A stretch of DNA of 64,000 nt, from NCBI RefSeq assembly GCF_009914755.1, contig NC_060947.1. The stretch is one strand, 5' to 3'. Both the position numbers and the translations under genes were made by a program. This document shows positions 14,411 to 37,208 of this stretch, piece by piece. The notes beneath the pieces are model-generated. The model did no database searches, was not told the DNA's origin, and saw nothing but the letters and a program-made list of their open reading frames with translations. Position 1 is the stretch's first letter. Each line of letters begins with the position of its first letter. The stretch is from the human T2T-CHM13v2.0 reference genome, Homo sapiens.

Positions 14411-14571
14411 AAGAAGAAAAAGAAAGAAAGAGAGAAAGAGGAAGGAAAGAAGGGAGGAAGGGAGGGAGGGAAATAAATAAAGAAAGAAAGAGAGAGAGAA
14501 AGAGAGAAAGGAAGGAAGGAAAGAGAAGGAAAAGAAAGAAAGAAAGAAAAAGAAAGAAAGAAAGAAAGAAA

Positions 14572-14607
<36 letters not shown>

Positions 14608-14730
14608 GAAAGAAAGAAAGAGAGGAAAGAAAGAAAGAAAGGAAGGAAAGAAGGAAAGAAAGAAAGAAGGAAGGAAAGAAAGAAAGAAGGAAGGAAAGAA
14701 AGAAAGAAAGAGAAACAGAAAGAAAAGAAA
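14406..14730. repeat. GA-rich (GAAA/GGAA)n polypurine tract, expanded Alu tail
   Basis: ~325 bp almost purely A/G. Confidence 0.95.
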
Positions 14731-14735
14731 ATGTG

Positions 14736-14952
14736 TTATGGACACATGGTGGGGAACAACACACACTAGGACATATCAGAGAGGGTAGGGTGAGGAGAGG
14801 GAGAGCATCAGGAAGAATAATGGATGATAAGCTTAATACCTGGTGTGGGATGATTTGTGCAGCAAATCACCATGGCACACGTTTATCTATGTAACAAACC
14901 TGCACGTCCTGCACATATACCCCTGAACTTAAAATACATGTTGAAGAAAAAA
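14736..14952 (+). mobile_element. Short L1PA-type 3' end
   Basis: atggacacatggtggggaacaacacacact...gtaacaaacctgcacgtcctgcacatatacccctgaacttaaaa. Confidence 0.85.
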
Positions 14953-14963
14953 AAGAAAATGTG

Positions 14964-15265
14964 GGCCAGGCATGGTGGTTCACGCCTGTAATCCTAGCAC
15001 ATTGGGAGGCCAAGGCGGGCGGATCACCTGAGGTCAGGGATTCAAGACCAGCCTGGACAACATGGCAAAACCCCCTCTGTAGTAATAATACAAAAATTAG
15101 CCAGGCATGATAGCACATGCCTGTAGTCCCAGCTACTCAGGAGGGTGAGGCAGGGCAATCTCTTGAACCCAGGAGGTGGAGGTTGCAGTGAACCAAGATC
15201 ACACCACTCCACTTTAGCCTGGGTGACAGAATGAGACTCCATCTCAAAAGAATTAAAAAAAAAAT
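14964..15265 (+). mobile_element. Alu
   Basis: Dimeric Alu consensus. Confidence 0.95.
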
Positions 15266-15651
15266 TGATATGTCTACAACACGGAATACTACTCTGCCAT
15301 AAATGAGAATGAAAAAATGTCTTTTGCAGCATCTTGGATGCAGCTGGAGGCCATTATTCTAAGAGAAGTAACTCAGGAATGAAAAGCCAAATACTGTATG
15401 TTCTCACTTATAAGTGGGAGCTAAGCTATGCATACACAAAGGCATATGGAGTGATATAATGGACTTTGGAGACTCAGAAGCATGAGGGTAAGAGGGGACT
15501 AACAGATAAAAAACTATATGTTGGGTTCAATTTACACTACTCAGGTGATCAGTGTGCTAAAATCTCAGATTTCACCACCATACAATTCATTCATGTAACC
15601 AAAAGCCACTTGTACCCCAAAAGCTATTGAAATAAAAAATATATATTTTTA

Positions 15652-15940
15652 GGCTGGGCGTGGTAGCTCACGCCTGTAATCCCAGCACTTTGGGAGGCTG
15701 AGGAGGGTAGATCGTGAGGTCAGGAGTTCAAGACCAGCCTGGCCAAGATGGCGAAACCCTGTCTCTACTAAAAATACAAAAATTAGCCGGGCGTGGTTGC
15801 AGACACCTGTAATCCCAGCTACTTGGGAGGCTGAGGCAGGAGAATTACTTGAACCGGGAGTTGGAGGTTGCAGTGAGCTGAAATCATGTCACTGCCTTCC
15901 AGCCTGGGCGACAGAGCAAGACTTCATCTCAAAAAAAAAA
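15652..15940 (+). mobile_element. Alu
   Basis: Dimeric Alu consensus; tail runs into the TA array. Confidence 0.95.
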
Positions 15941-17052
15941 TATATATATATATACATATATATGTATATATATGTGTATATATATGTGTGTATATACATA
16001 TATATATTTATATGTGTATATATATGTATATATATGTGTGTATATACATATATATATTTATATGTGTATATATATACATATATGTATATATATGTGTATA
16101 TATGTATATATGTATATATGTACATATGTATATATATGTATATATGTACATATGTATATATATGTATATATGTATATATACATATGTATATATATGTACA
16201 TATGTATATATATACATGTATACATATGTATACATGTATATATATACATATGTATACATGTATATATGTATATATATACATGTATACATATGTATATATG
16301 TATACATATGTATATATGTATATATGTATAAATATACATATGTATATATATGTATATATGTATACATATGTATATATACATATGTATATATATGTATATA
16401 TGTATACATATGTATATATACATATGTATATATATGTATACATATGCATATATACATATGTATATATATGTATATATGTATACATATGTATATATGCATA
16501 TATATACATATGTATATATGCATATATATACATATGTGTATATATGTATATATGTATACATATGTGTATATATGTATATGTATACATATGTGTATATATG
16601 TATATGTATACATATGTGTATATATGTATATGTATACATATGTGTATATATGTATATGTATACATATGTGTATATATGTATATGTATACATATGTGTATA
16701 TATGTATATGTATACATATGTGTATATATGTATATGTATACATATGTGTATATATGTATATGTATACATATGTGTATATATGTATATGTATACATATGTG
16801 TATATATGTATATGTATACATATGTGTATATATGTATATGTATACATATGTGTATATATGTATATATATATACATATGTGTATATATGTATATGTATACA
16901 TATGTGTATATATGTATATATATACATATGTGTATATATGTATATATATACATATGTGTATATATGTATATATATACATATGTGTATATATGTATATATA
17001 TACATATATACACACACACACATATATATATATACACATACATATATATGTG
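15941..17052. repeat. 1.1-kb (TA/CA/TG) array containing a 26-bp minisatellite
   Basis: Unit tatacatatgtgtatatatgtatatg, ~12 copies at 16555-16860. Confidence 0.95.
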
Positions 17053-17053
17053 A

Positions 17054-17349
<296 letters not shown>

Positions 17350-17584
17350 CATTTTTTTGTTTTTGTTTTTGTTTTTTTATAATTTCTATTTCTTTGTTGA
17401 TATTCTTGATTTGTTCCTTATCATTTAGTTGTGTGTGTTCTCAAGTAGTGTATGGAACTTCTTTTAAGTGATTGCTTTGAATTCTTTGTCAGATAATGCA
17501 TAAGTCTTCATTTCTTTAGGATCAGTGTCTAGAGATTTATATTGCTATTTTGATTGGGCTATGTTTCTCTGTTTCTTCATGTTC

Positions 17585-17738
17585 CTTTTTATTTTTTCTT
17601 TATTTTTATTTTTATTTTATGTAGATATGGAGGTATCACTATGTTGCTCAGGCTGCTTTTGAACTCAGCCTTAAGTAATCCTTCTGCCTCAGCCTTCCAA
17701 AGTGTTTGTATTACAGGCATCAGCCACTGTGCTCAGCC
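17585..17738 (-). mobile_element. Alu monomer (FLAM-like)
   Basis: Left-arm-only consensus with T-rich tail. Confidence 0.75.
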
Positions 17739-18626
17739 TTTTGTTGTCATTGTTATATATGAAAAAGCAGCTACCTCTTCTAGTCTTTATGGGATGTCTT
17801 TGTAAATGGGAAGATCTTTACTAGCTCAGCCTGGTTAGAGATTCTGAGGGCTTCTCACATTTTTAGAAGAGATACATCTTCTCTGGGTTTGTGCGTTTAA
17901 TTTCCTTATTAGTGAATCTTGCCAGTTTCTTTTTCAGGAGCTTATAGTGTCTTGCTCCCTCTGGTGTTTCACTGGAGTACTGTAGGTTCTCTGGCAGTAC
18001 AACAAGCCACTGAGCTGCTGCTGCTTTTTTTCTTTATGGAGAGGCTTTATTGATTTGGACATATAGGTGAAATAATGGTTTCAGCGTTGATGGTCAGAGC
18101 TAGGTTGAAATGAGATTTCAAAGTAAATCTTGAAGAGCCAGTTGTGGGTCTTTCATAAGGAAAAAGTGAATACTCCAGTGTCAAACTAATGGGATTTCTA
18201 TTCCCCCTGAGAACTGGAACATGACAAGGTTGCCCACTCTCACCACTTCTATTCAATATAGTACTGGAAGTCCTAGCCAGGGCAATCAGACCAGAGAAAG
18301 AAATAAAAGGCATCCAAATCAGTAAAGAGGAAGTCAAACGATCACTGTTTGCTGATGACATGATTGTATACCTAGAAAACCCTAAAGACACCTCCAAAAA
18401 GCTGCTAGAACTGATAAATGAATTCAGCAAAGTTTCAGGATACAAAATTAATGTACACATATCATTAGCTATGCTATACATCATCAGCAACCAAGCTGAG
18501 AATCAAATCAAGAACACAACCACTTTTACAATAGCTGAAAAAAAAAAAAACACTTGGGAATATACCTAACCAAAGAGGTGATAGACCTCTACAAGGAAAA
18601 CTACAAAACACTGCTGATAGAAATCA

Positions 18627-18983
<357 letters not shown>

Positions 18984-19455
18984 TCATGGATGGGTAAAAT
19001 CAATATTGTAAAAATGAACATACTGCTAAAAGCAATCTACAAATTCAATGCAGTTCCCATCAAAATGCCACCATCATTCACAGAACTAGAAAAAACAATC
19101 CTAAGGCACAGATGGAACCGAAAAAGAGCCCACATAGCCAATGCAAGACTAAGCAAAAAGATCAAATCTGCTGGAGGCATCACATTATCTGACTTCAAAT
19201 TATACCATAAGGCCATCATCACCAAAACAGCATGGTACTGGTATAAAAATAGGCACATAGACCAATGGAACAGAATAGAGAACTCAGAAATAAAGCCAAA
19301 ATAGAAAGTAGAACTACCATTTGATCCAGCAATCCCACTACTCTATATGTATCCAGAGGAAAAGAAGCCATTATATGAAAAAGACAGTTGCACACACATG
19401 TTTATAGGCGCACAATTCTCAATTCTCAATTGCAATAATATGGAACCAGCTCAAA

Positions 19456-19458
<3 letters not shown>

Positions 19459-19503
<45 letters not shown>
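19459..19503. repeat. (TA)n microsatellite
   Basis: Perfect AT alternation. Confidence 0.95.
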
Positions 19504-19508
<5 letters not shown>

Positions 19509-19537
19509 GAATAGTAATCAGCCATGCAAAGGAACGA

Positions 19538-19840
<303 letters not shown>

Positions 19841-21118
19841 GGAATAAAATAATGGCATTTGCAGCAACCTGGATGGAATTAGAAACCATTATTCTCAGTG
19901 AAGTAATTCAGTAATGGAAAACCAAACATCATATGTTCTCACTCATAAGTGGGAGCTAAGCTATAACGATGCAAAGGCATAAGAATTATACAATGGACTT
20001 TGGGGACTTGGAGGAAAGGATGGGAGGGGGGTGAGAGACAAAAGACTACACATTGGGTACAGTGTACACTGCTCGGGTGATGAGTGCATGAAAAATCTCA
20101 GAAAGGGTGGAGCCAAGATGGCCGAATAGGAACAGCTCCAGTCTACAGCACCCAGCGTGAGTGACGCAGAAGACAAATGATTTCTGCATTTCCAAATGAG
20201 GTACCAGGTGCATCTCACTGGGGATTGTCAGACAGTGGGTGCAGGACAGTGGGTGCAGTGCACCAAGCCTGAGCTGAAGCAGGGCGAGGCATCACCTCAC
20301 CTGGGAAGCACAAGGGGTCAGGGAACTCCCTTTCCTAGGGGTGACAGACAGCACCTGGAAAATTGGGTCACTCCCACCCTAATACTGTGCTTTTCCGACG
20401 GTCTTAGCAAAGAGCACACCAGGAGATTATATCCCACGCCTGGCTCGGAGGGTCCTACACCCACAGAGCCTCGCTCATTGCTAGCACAGCAGTCTGAGAT
20501 CAAACTGCAAGGCGGCAGTGAGGCAGGGGGAGGGGCGCCCACCATTGCCGAGGCTTGAGTAGGTAAACAAAGCAGCTGGGAAGCGTGAACTGGGTGGAGC
20601 CCACCACAGCTCAAGGAGGCCTGACTGACTCTGTAGACTCCACCTCTGGGGGCAGGGCATAGCCAAATAAAAGGCAGCAGAAACCTCTGCAGACTTAAGT
20701 GTCCCTGTCTGACAGCTTGGAAGAGAGTAGTGGTTCTCCAGCACGCAGCTGGAGATCGGAGGATGGACGGACTGCCTCCTCAAGTTGGTCCCAGACCCCC
20801 AAGTAGCCTAACTGGGAGGCACACCCCAGTAGGGGCAGACTGACACCTCACATGGCCGGGTACTCCTCTGAGACAAAACTTCCAGAGGAAAGATCAGGCA
20901 GCAACATTTGCTGTTCACCAATATCCGCTGTTCTGCAGCCTCCACTGCTGATACCCAGGCAAACAGGGTCTGGAGTGGATTTCCGGCAAACTGCAACACA
21001 CCTGCAGCTGAGGGTCCTGACTGTTAGAAGGAAAACTAAAAAACAGAAAGGACATCCACACCAAAACCCCACCTGTACATTACCATCATCAAAGACCAAA
21101 GTAGATAAAACCACAAAG

Positions 21119-22135
21119 ATGGGGAAAAAACAGAGCAGAAAAATTGAAAATTCTAAAAATCAGAGCACCTCTCCTCCTCCAAAGGAATGCAGCTCCTCAA
21201 CAGCAATGCAACAAAGCTGGATGGAGAATTACTTTGACAAGTTGAGAGAAGAAGGCTTCAGAAGATCAAACTACTCTGGGCTAAAGGAGGAAGTTTGAAC
21301 CCATGGCAAAGAAGTTAAAAACCTTGAAAAAAGATTAGACGAATGGCTAACTAGAATAACCAATGCAGAGAAGTCCTTAAAGGACCTGATGGAGCTGAAA
21401 ACCACAGCACAAGAACTACGTGACAAATGCATAAGCCTCAGTAGCTGATTCGATCAACTGGAAGAAAGGGTATCAGTGATTGAAGATCAAATGAATGAAA
21501 TGAAGCGAGAAGAGAAGTTTAGAGAAAAAAGAATAAAAAGAAACGAATAAAGCCTCCAGGAAATATGAGACTATGTGAAAAGACCAAATCTATGTCTGAT
21601 TGGTGTATTTGAAAGTCACAGGGAGAATAGAACCAAGTTGGAAAACACTCTGCAGGATATTATCCAGGAGAAATTCCCCAATCTAGCAAGGCAGGCCAAC
21701 ATTCAAATTCAGGAAATACAGAGAATGCCACAAAGATACTCCTTGAGAAGAGCAACCCCAAGACACATAATTGTCAGATTCACCAAAGTTGAAATGAAGG
21801 AAAAAATATTAAGGGCAGCCAGAGAGAAAAGTCGGGTTACCCACAAAGGGAAGCCCATCAAACTAACAGCTGATCTCTTGGAAGAAACTCTACAAGCCAG
21901 AAGAGAGTGGGGGCCAATATTCAACATTCTTAAAGGAAAGAATTTTCAACCCAGAATTTCATATCCAGCCAAACTAAGCTTCATAAGTGAAGGAGAAATA
22001 AAATCCTTTACAGACAAGCAAATGCTGAGAGATTTTGTCACCACCAGGCCTTCCCTAAAAGAGCTACTGAAGGAAGCATTAAACATGGGAAGGAACAAAT
22101 GGTATGAGCCACTGCAAAAACATACCAAATTGTAA
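21119..22135 (+). pseudogene. L1 ORF1p, disrupted by stops
   Basis: MGKKQSRK... stop at 21296-21298; C-terminal part (KRPNL...ARREWGPIFNILK...YPAKLSF) in ORF 21575-22135. Confidence 0.95.
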
Positions 22136-22198
22136 AGACCATCGAGGCTAGGAAGAAACTGCATCAACTAACGAGCAAAATAACCAGCTAGCATCATA

Positions 22199-28094
<5,896 letters not shown>

Positions 28095-28674
28095 ACAATG
28101 AGAACACATGGACACAGGAAGGGCAACATCACACACTAGGGCCTGTTGTGGGGTCTAGGTAGGGGGGAGGGATAGCATTAGGAGATATACCTAATGTTAA
28201 GTGATGTGTTAATGGGTGTAGCACACAAACATGGCCCATGTATATATATGTAACAAACCTGCACGTTGTGCACATGTACCCTAAAAGCATAATAAAAAAA
28301 ATAAAATAATAAAAAAAAATTTATACTCAAATAATTCAGGATTTTAAAAAAAGAATAATCTCAGAAATAACCACTAAAAATCTTAGTCATATAACCAAAC
28401 ACCACCTGATCTCCAAAAACCTATAGAAATAAAAAATAAATAAATAAATAAAATATAAAAAGCTCTACCTTAGAAAAATTAAATAAATGATGTGGTTAAT
28501 TATAACACTGAAGAAAAAAAGATCAAAAGAACTTGGCTATTTTTCCAATCCACCATAATAAATATGATTCAATTGCCTATTAAAAATATAATAAAATGCC
28601 ACCAAGAGCATATTTAGGTGCCTATTTCTTCACCCTATTATGCACTGGGTATAACCTCATTTTTAAAAACTTCA

Positions 28675-28975
<301 letters not shown>

Positions 28976-29097
28976 AAAAACTTCATTAATCAGATACATT
29001 AAAAGTAATGTTTTATTTGCTCAGAGAACTTAAAAGACATCCCTGAAGTTGTGTAGCTTGAAGGAAGCATAGCTTGACCTTAGAAGGCAGGTTCTTG

Positions 29098-29720
29098 CTT
29101 ACACACTGTTGGTGGGAATGTAAATTAGTTCAGCCACTGTTGAAAGCAGTTTGGAGATTTCTCAAAGAACTTAAAATGGAACTACCATTTGACCCAGTAA
29201 TCCCATTACTGGGTATATATCCAAAAGAAAACACATCATTCTACCAAAAAGACACGTGCACTCGCATGTTCATTGTAGCACTATTCACAATAGCAAAGAC
29301 ATGGAATCAACCTAGTTGTCCATCAATGGTGGATTGGATATAGAAAATATGGTGTATATACACCATGGAATACTACACAGCCGTAAAAATGAATAAAATC
29401 ATTTCATTTGCAGCAACATGGATACTTCTGGAGGCCATTATCCTAAGTGAATTAATGCAGGAACAGAAAACCAAAGAGTATGTGTTCTCACACATAAGTG
29501 GGAGCTAAACATTGAGTACTCATGGACATAAAGATGGGAACAACAGATACTGGGGACTACTAGAAGAGGGAGGAAGAAATGTGGGGAAGGGTTGAAAAAC
29601 TAACTCTTGAGTACTATGCTCACTACCTGGGTAATGGGATTAAACATACCCCAAACCTCAGCATAATGTAATATACTCATGTAACAAAGCTGCACAAGTA
29701 CCCCTTGAATCTAAAATAAA
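29098..29720 (+). mobile_element. L1PB-like 3' end
   Basis: HCWWECKLVQPL...[14 protein letters not shown] then 3' UTR. Confidence 0.85.
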
Positions 29721-29911
29721 TGGAGAAGAATGATGGTGGTATTTTTATGGGAATTGCATTGAATTTGTAGATTGCTTTTGGCAGTATGGTCATTTTCACA
29801 ATATTGATTCTACCCACCCATGAGCATGGGATGTTTTTCCATTTGTTTATGTCATCTATGATTCCTTTTAAAAAATAAAAAGTGAATCAGTGGGCTTTCA
29901 GAAAGTTTCTT

Positions 29912-30151
29912 ATTTTCATTTCCTGAGGTTGCTGTAACAAACTCGGTCAATAGAAATTTATTTTCTCACAATTCTGGAGGCCAGAAGTCTGAAATCTAGG
30001 TGCTGGCAGGGCTGCACTCTTTCCGGAGTTTATAAGAGAGAATCCCTTCCTTGCCTCTCCAGCTTTTGGTGACTGTTGGCATTCCTAAGCTTGTAACTGC
30101 ATCTTTCCCTGTTCTGTCATTACATCACCTTCTCTTTTGTATATGTGTCTC
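29912..30151 (-). mobile_element. Truncated MLT1 (MaLR) LTR
   Basis: gctgtaacaaa...tttattttctcacaattctggaggccagaagtctgaaatc. Confidence 0.75.
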
Positions 30152-30714
30152 CCACTGCGCATTCTTTTGTTTTCAGTGTCTCCCAGGCATTCAAAATATG
30201 CTGGTTTCTTATCACCACTCTAAGTCACGCAAGACAGAAACCAGTCTTTTTAGGCAGCTCCCCGAGAAGCCAGACCATTGAATACACATTTCACTTTTCT
30301 CTTCTCCCACTGCTGAAGCCATGAGCTAGTTGCTTTTTCCCAGTTTTGCCAAGCTGTATCAGCTTCTGTCTGTGTTGTTACAAGTTATTTGGTGCTGCCA
30401 CAGCTGCTGGGCCCTCTTTTTTCTTAGTGGCTCCTAACCATCCAAATTATTCCTGTTTCCCATAAGTTGTTTTAGTCAGGTGAGACAAAAACAGCAGCTT
30501 CCCAAAAAGTCAGAATGTTAGATAAATGTTCTACTATTTTCTTACTCTCTCAAAGGAGAAAATGTATGTTGGACTTTTGCTCCCAATGGGAGATGTGTTA
30601 ACCTGAGAGAGGGCCTGATATGGATAAAATTAAAAGCATTTTCATACCTATTTCAATGCAGCTGTTCTTAGCTTTGAGCTTCCCTGGGATACTTTGACTT
30701 CCTAACTGGGTTCT

Positions 30715-33305
30715 TATGTTTTTTGATTATGAATTCAATCTCTTTACTTATTATAGGTCTGTTTAGATTTCAAGTCATTTCCTGAGTCCGTTTTAGTATT
30801 TTGTCTTTCTAGGAATTTGGACATTTTGTCTAAATTATATAATTGGTTGGAATACAAATATTCATACTATAGCATTTCCATATAATAATTTTTATTTCTG
30901 TAAGTTCAGCAGTAATATCCCCTTTTATTCCTGATTTTAGTAATTTATGTCTCCTTTTTTTTAATCTCTGTCAATCTAGCCAAGGTTTGTCAATTTTATT
31001 GATCTTGTCAAACAAACTACTTTTTATTGATTTATTCTGTTTTATTATATGTATTTATTTATGTTCTAATATTTATTATTTTCTTCATTCTCCTTGAGTT
31101 TAGTTTCTTTTGTTGTGATTTTGTTTGTTTGTTTCTTAAGGTGAGTGGCTAGGTTATTGACTTGACATTTTTATTATTTTTAATGTCGGTTTTTATAGGT
31201 AGAAAACTTTTCTTTAAGCACTGTTTTGCTGCATTTCCTAAATTTTGGTATAATGTGGTTTGGTTTTGATTAATCTCAAAGTATTTTCTAATCTCCTTTG
31301 TGGTTTCTGATTTGAGCCACTGATTATTTAGAATCATCTGATTGATTTCCACATATTTTTCATGTTTTTGAATTTTGCAAACTTCCTTTCATTATTAATT
31401 TTATATTTAATTTCATTTTAGAGAGAACATAATTTATATTATTTCAATCTTTTTAAATTTATTGAGGCTTATGTATGCCCTAACATATTACCATATGTAT
31501 TTGAGGAGTATGAGCATTCTGCAGCTGTCAGATGTAATGTTCTGTAGATTTCTGTTGTGGTTAGTTGGTTTGTAGAAATGTTGAAATCACCTGTTTTATT
31601 ATTAATCTTCTGCTTAGTTGGTATTTCCATTATTGAAAGAGAGTATTAAAGACCTCAAATATTATTGTTGAATTGTTGGTTTCTCCTTTCAGTTCTGTCT
31701 GGTTTTGCTTTATGTATTTTGGGGCTGTGTTACTAGGTACATATATATTTATAATTTCATTGTCTTCTTGACTGGTTGATCCATTTATGATTATAAAGTG
31801 CCACTTTTTTTCTCTAGTAACATTTTTTTCTCAAAGTGTATTTTATTTGATACTAGTATAGCCATTCCAGCTCTTTTTTTGCTACTGTTTGCATGGCATA
31901 TCTTTTTCCATTCTTTTACTTCCACCCTATTTGTGCCTTTTAACCTATAGTATGTCTGTTGCAGACAGCATTTATTTGGATCATGTCTTTTAATTCATTC
32001 TTCCAATTTGTGTCTTTTAATTGGAGAGTTTAATTCATTTACATTGAAGGTAATTACTGATTTTGAAGGACTTCTGCTATTTTGCTTTCTATTTCCTATA
32101 TGTATTATGATTATTTGTGTTACTCTTTTCCTCCAATACTGCCTTATTTTGTGTTGAATAGTGATTTTCTAGTGTACCATTTTAATCTCTTATCTCTTTT
32201 ATTATATTTTTGAGTTATTTTCATAGAGATTATTCTGCAGGTTATATTAACATCTTTTATTTTTTCCAACTTTATTTAGGTATATTTAACATTTTTAAGT
32301 TATATACATTTAAGGCATACAACTTCATGATTATATATATTTTTTTGATATAATATATTCATATATATATGTACACACACATTGTAAAATATTCACCACA
32401 AAAGCTAATTAGCATATCCATCACCTCACATAGTTATCATTTTTATATGTGATGAGCACACTTGAAATCTACCCTCTGAGCAAATTTCAAGTATATGATA
32501 CAATATTGTTAACTATAGTGATATTGTTGTACATTAGATCACCAGAACTTATTTATCTTTCATTATTACTAAAACTTTATACCCCTTGACAGACATCCTC
32601 CCACATCTTCCTCTCTCCAGCCCCCAGTAACCACTCTTCTACTCTCTGTTTCCGTGAGTTTGACATTTTTAGATTCTACATATAAGTGAGATCATGGGGT
32701 ATATATTTTTCTACATCTTGCTTATTTAACTTAGAATAATGCCCTCCAGATTCATCCAAGTTGTCACAAATAGAATGATTTTTTCTTTTATAGGACTAAA
32801 CAATATTCCATTATATATCTCACATCTCACATCTCTCACATTATCTATATATATCATATTATTATTATTAGATAGATAAATAGACAGATCTCACATTATC
32901 ATTATCCTGTTATCCATCAGTGGACATTAAGGTTTTCTCTTTATCTCAGCTATTGTGAATAATACTCAAATGAACATTGGATTGCAGATTTCTTTCCAAG
33001 ATACTGATTTTATTTCTTTAGCCTATGTACTCAAAAGTGAGATTGCTGGATTGTAAGGTAATTCTATTTTTAATTTTGAAATGAATCTCCATACTATTTT
33101 CCATAAAGCGTTCCAATTTCCATTTCTCCCAACAGTATACAAAGGTTCTCTTTTCTTCACTTCCTGCCCAAAACTTGTTGTAGTTCATCATACTGATAAT
33201 AGCCTTTCTAACAGGTGTGAGGTGTTATCTCATTGTGCTTTTGATTTGCATTTTCCTGATTAATAATTTTGAGCACCTTTTCTTATACTTCTTGGGCATT
33301 TGTAT
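30715..33305 (-). mobile_element. Old L1 fragments (L1M ORF2 region, then an L1MA-type 3' end from ~32255)
   Basis: ORF 31149-31352 NNQWLK...KYFEINQN...YQNL; L1MA 3' UTR text. Confidence 0.7.
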
Positions 33306-33319
33306 TTTTTTAATTTTGT

Positions 33320-33359
33320 TCTATATATATTTATATATATGTAACTATATATATAAAAC

Positions 33360-33410
<51 letters not shown>
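33320..33410. repeat. (TA)n tract at the L1 tail
   Basis: ~24 perfect TA units at 33363-33410. Confidence 0.95.
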
Positions 33411-33412
<2 letters not shown>

Positions 33413-34893
33413 CAATAGTTTTCTTGGTACAGGTGTTTTTAGGTTACATGGATGAATTGTATAGTGGTGAAGTCTGAAATTTTAGTGCACCCATCACTAG
33501 AGTATGGACATTGTACCAGGTAATAGTTTCTCATCACTAACCTCACAATCTACCCCATTCTGAGACTCCAGTGTCCATTATACTACTCTGTATGCCTTTG
33601 CATACCCATAGCTTAGCTCCCACTTATAAGTGAGAAGATACGATATTTGGTTTTCCATTCCTGAGTTACTTTTCTTAGAATAATAGCCTCCAGCTGCAAC
33701 CAAGTTGCTGCAAAAGACATTATTTTATTATTCTTTTTATGGCTGAGTAGTATTCCATGATATACAGGTACCACATTTTCTTTCTCCACTCATTTGTTGG
33801 TGGGCACTTATGTTGGTTCTATATCTTTTCAATTGTGAATTGTGCTGTGATAAACATACATGTGCAGGTATATTTTTGATATAATGACTTATTTTCCTTT
33901 GGATAGATACCCAGTAGTGGGATTGCTGGATTGAATGGCAGATCTACTTTTAGTTCTTTGAGAAATCACCAAACTATTTTTCAAAGAGATTGTACTATTT
34001 ACATTATCACCAGCAGCATATAAGCATTCTCTTTCCACTGCATCCAAGCCAACATCTATTTGCTTTTTGACTTTAATAATGGCCATTCTAGCTAGGGTAA
34101 GGTGATACCTTATTGTTATTTTAATTTGAATTTCCTTGACAATTAGTGATGTTGAGTATTTTTTCATATGTTTGTTGGCCATTTGTATATCTCCTTTTGA
34201 GAAATGTCTACTCATATCACTTGCCCACTTTTTGATGGCATTGTTTATTTTTCTTTTTACTGATTTGTGTGAGTTCCTTGTAGTTCTGAATATTAGTCCT
34301 TTGTCTTTGTCAGATGAATAGTTTAAAAATATTTTCTCCCATTCTATGGGTTGTCTGCTTATTCTAATGATTCTTTCATTTGCTGTGCAGAAGCTTTTTA
34401 GTTTAATTAGGTCCCATTTATTTTTGTTGTAGTTGCATTTGTTTTAGGGGTCTTAGTTATAACTTCTTTGCCTAGGCCAATGTCCAGAAGTATTTTTCCT
34501 GTGTTTTCTTCTAGAATTTTTATGTTGTCAGGTCTTAGATTTATGTCTTTGATCCATCTTGAGTTGATTTTTGTAGATGGTGAGAGATAGAGATCCAGTT
34601 TCTTTCTTCTACATGTGTCTGTCTAGTTTTCCCAGCACCAATTATTGAATATGGTGTACTTTCCCCAATTTATGTTTTCATATGGTTTGTTGAAGATCAG
34701 TTGGTTGTAAGTATTTGGCTTCATTTCTGGGTTATCTATTCTTTTTCTTTGGTCTATGTATCTACTTTTATACCATTACCATGCTGTTTTGATTACTATA
34801 GCCTTGTAGAGTAATTTGAAGTCAGATAATGTGATGCTTCCAGATTTGTTCTTTTTGCTTAGGATTGCCTTGACTATTCGGGTTTGTTTTTGA

Positions 34894-35200
<307 letters not shown>

Positions 35201-35302
35201 TAGGATTGTTTTTTCTAATTCTGTGAAAAACGATGTTGGTATTTTTTGATAGGAATTGCACTGAATCTGTAGATTGCTTTGTGCAGTATGGAAATTTTCT
35301 CT

Positions 35303-37208
<1,906 letters not shown>

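Larger units (their letters stand above)
12930..15650 (+). mobile_element. L1PB-like ORF2 C-terminus and 3' UTR with nested insertions
   Basis: aaaatcaactcaagat...ctaattaaactaaaaagcttc...ttctcacttataagtgggagctaagctatg. Confidence 0.85.

Noticed and set aside
14206-14766. F/L/S-rich ORFs resembling membrane proteins
   Set aside because: Antisense translation of the GA-rich Alu tail
16555-16860. Regular 26-bp repeats as a CRISPR-like array
   Set aside because: No unique spacers, no cas genes, eukaryotic context; a simple minisatellite
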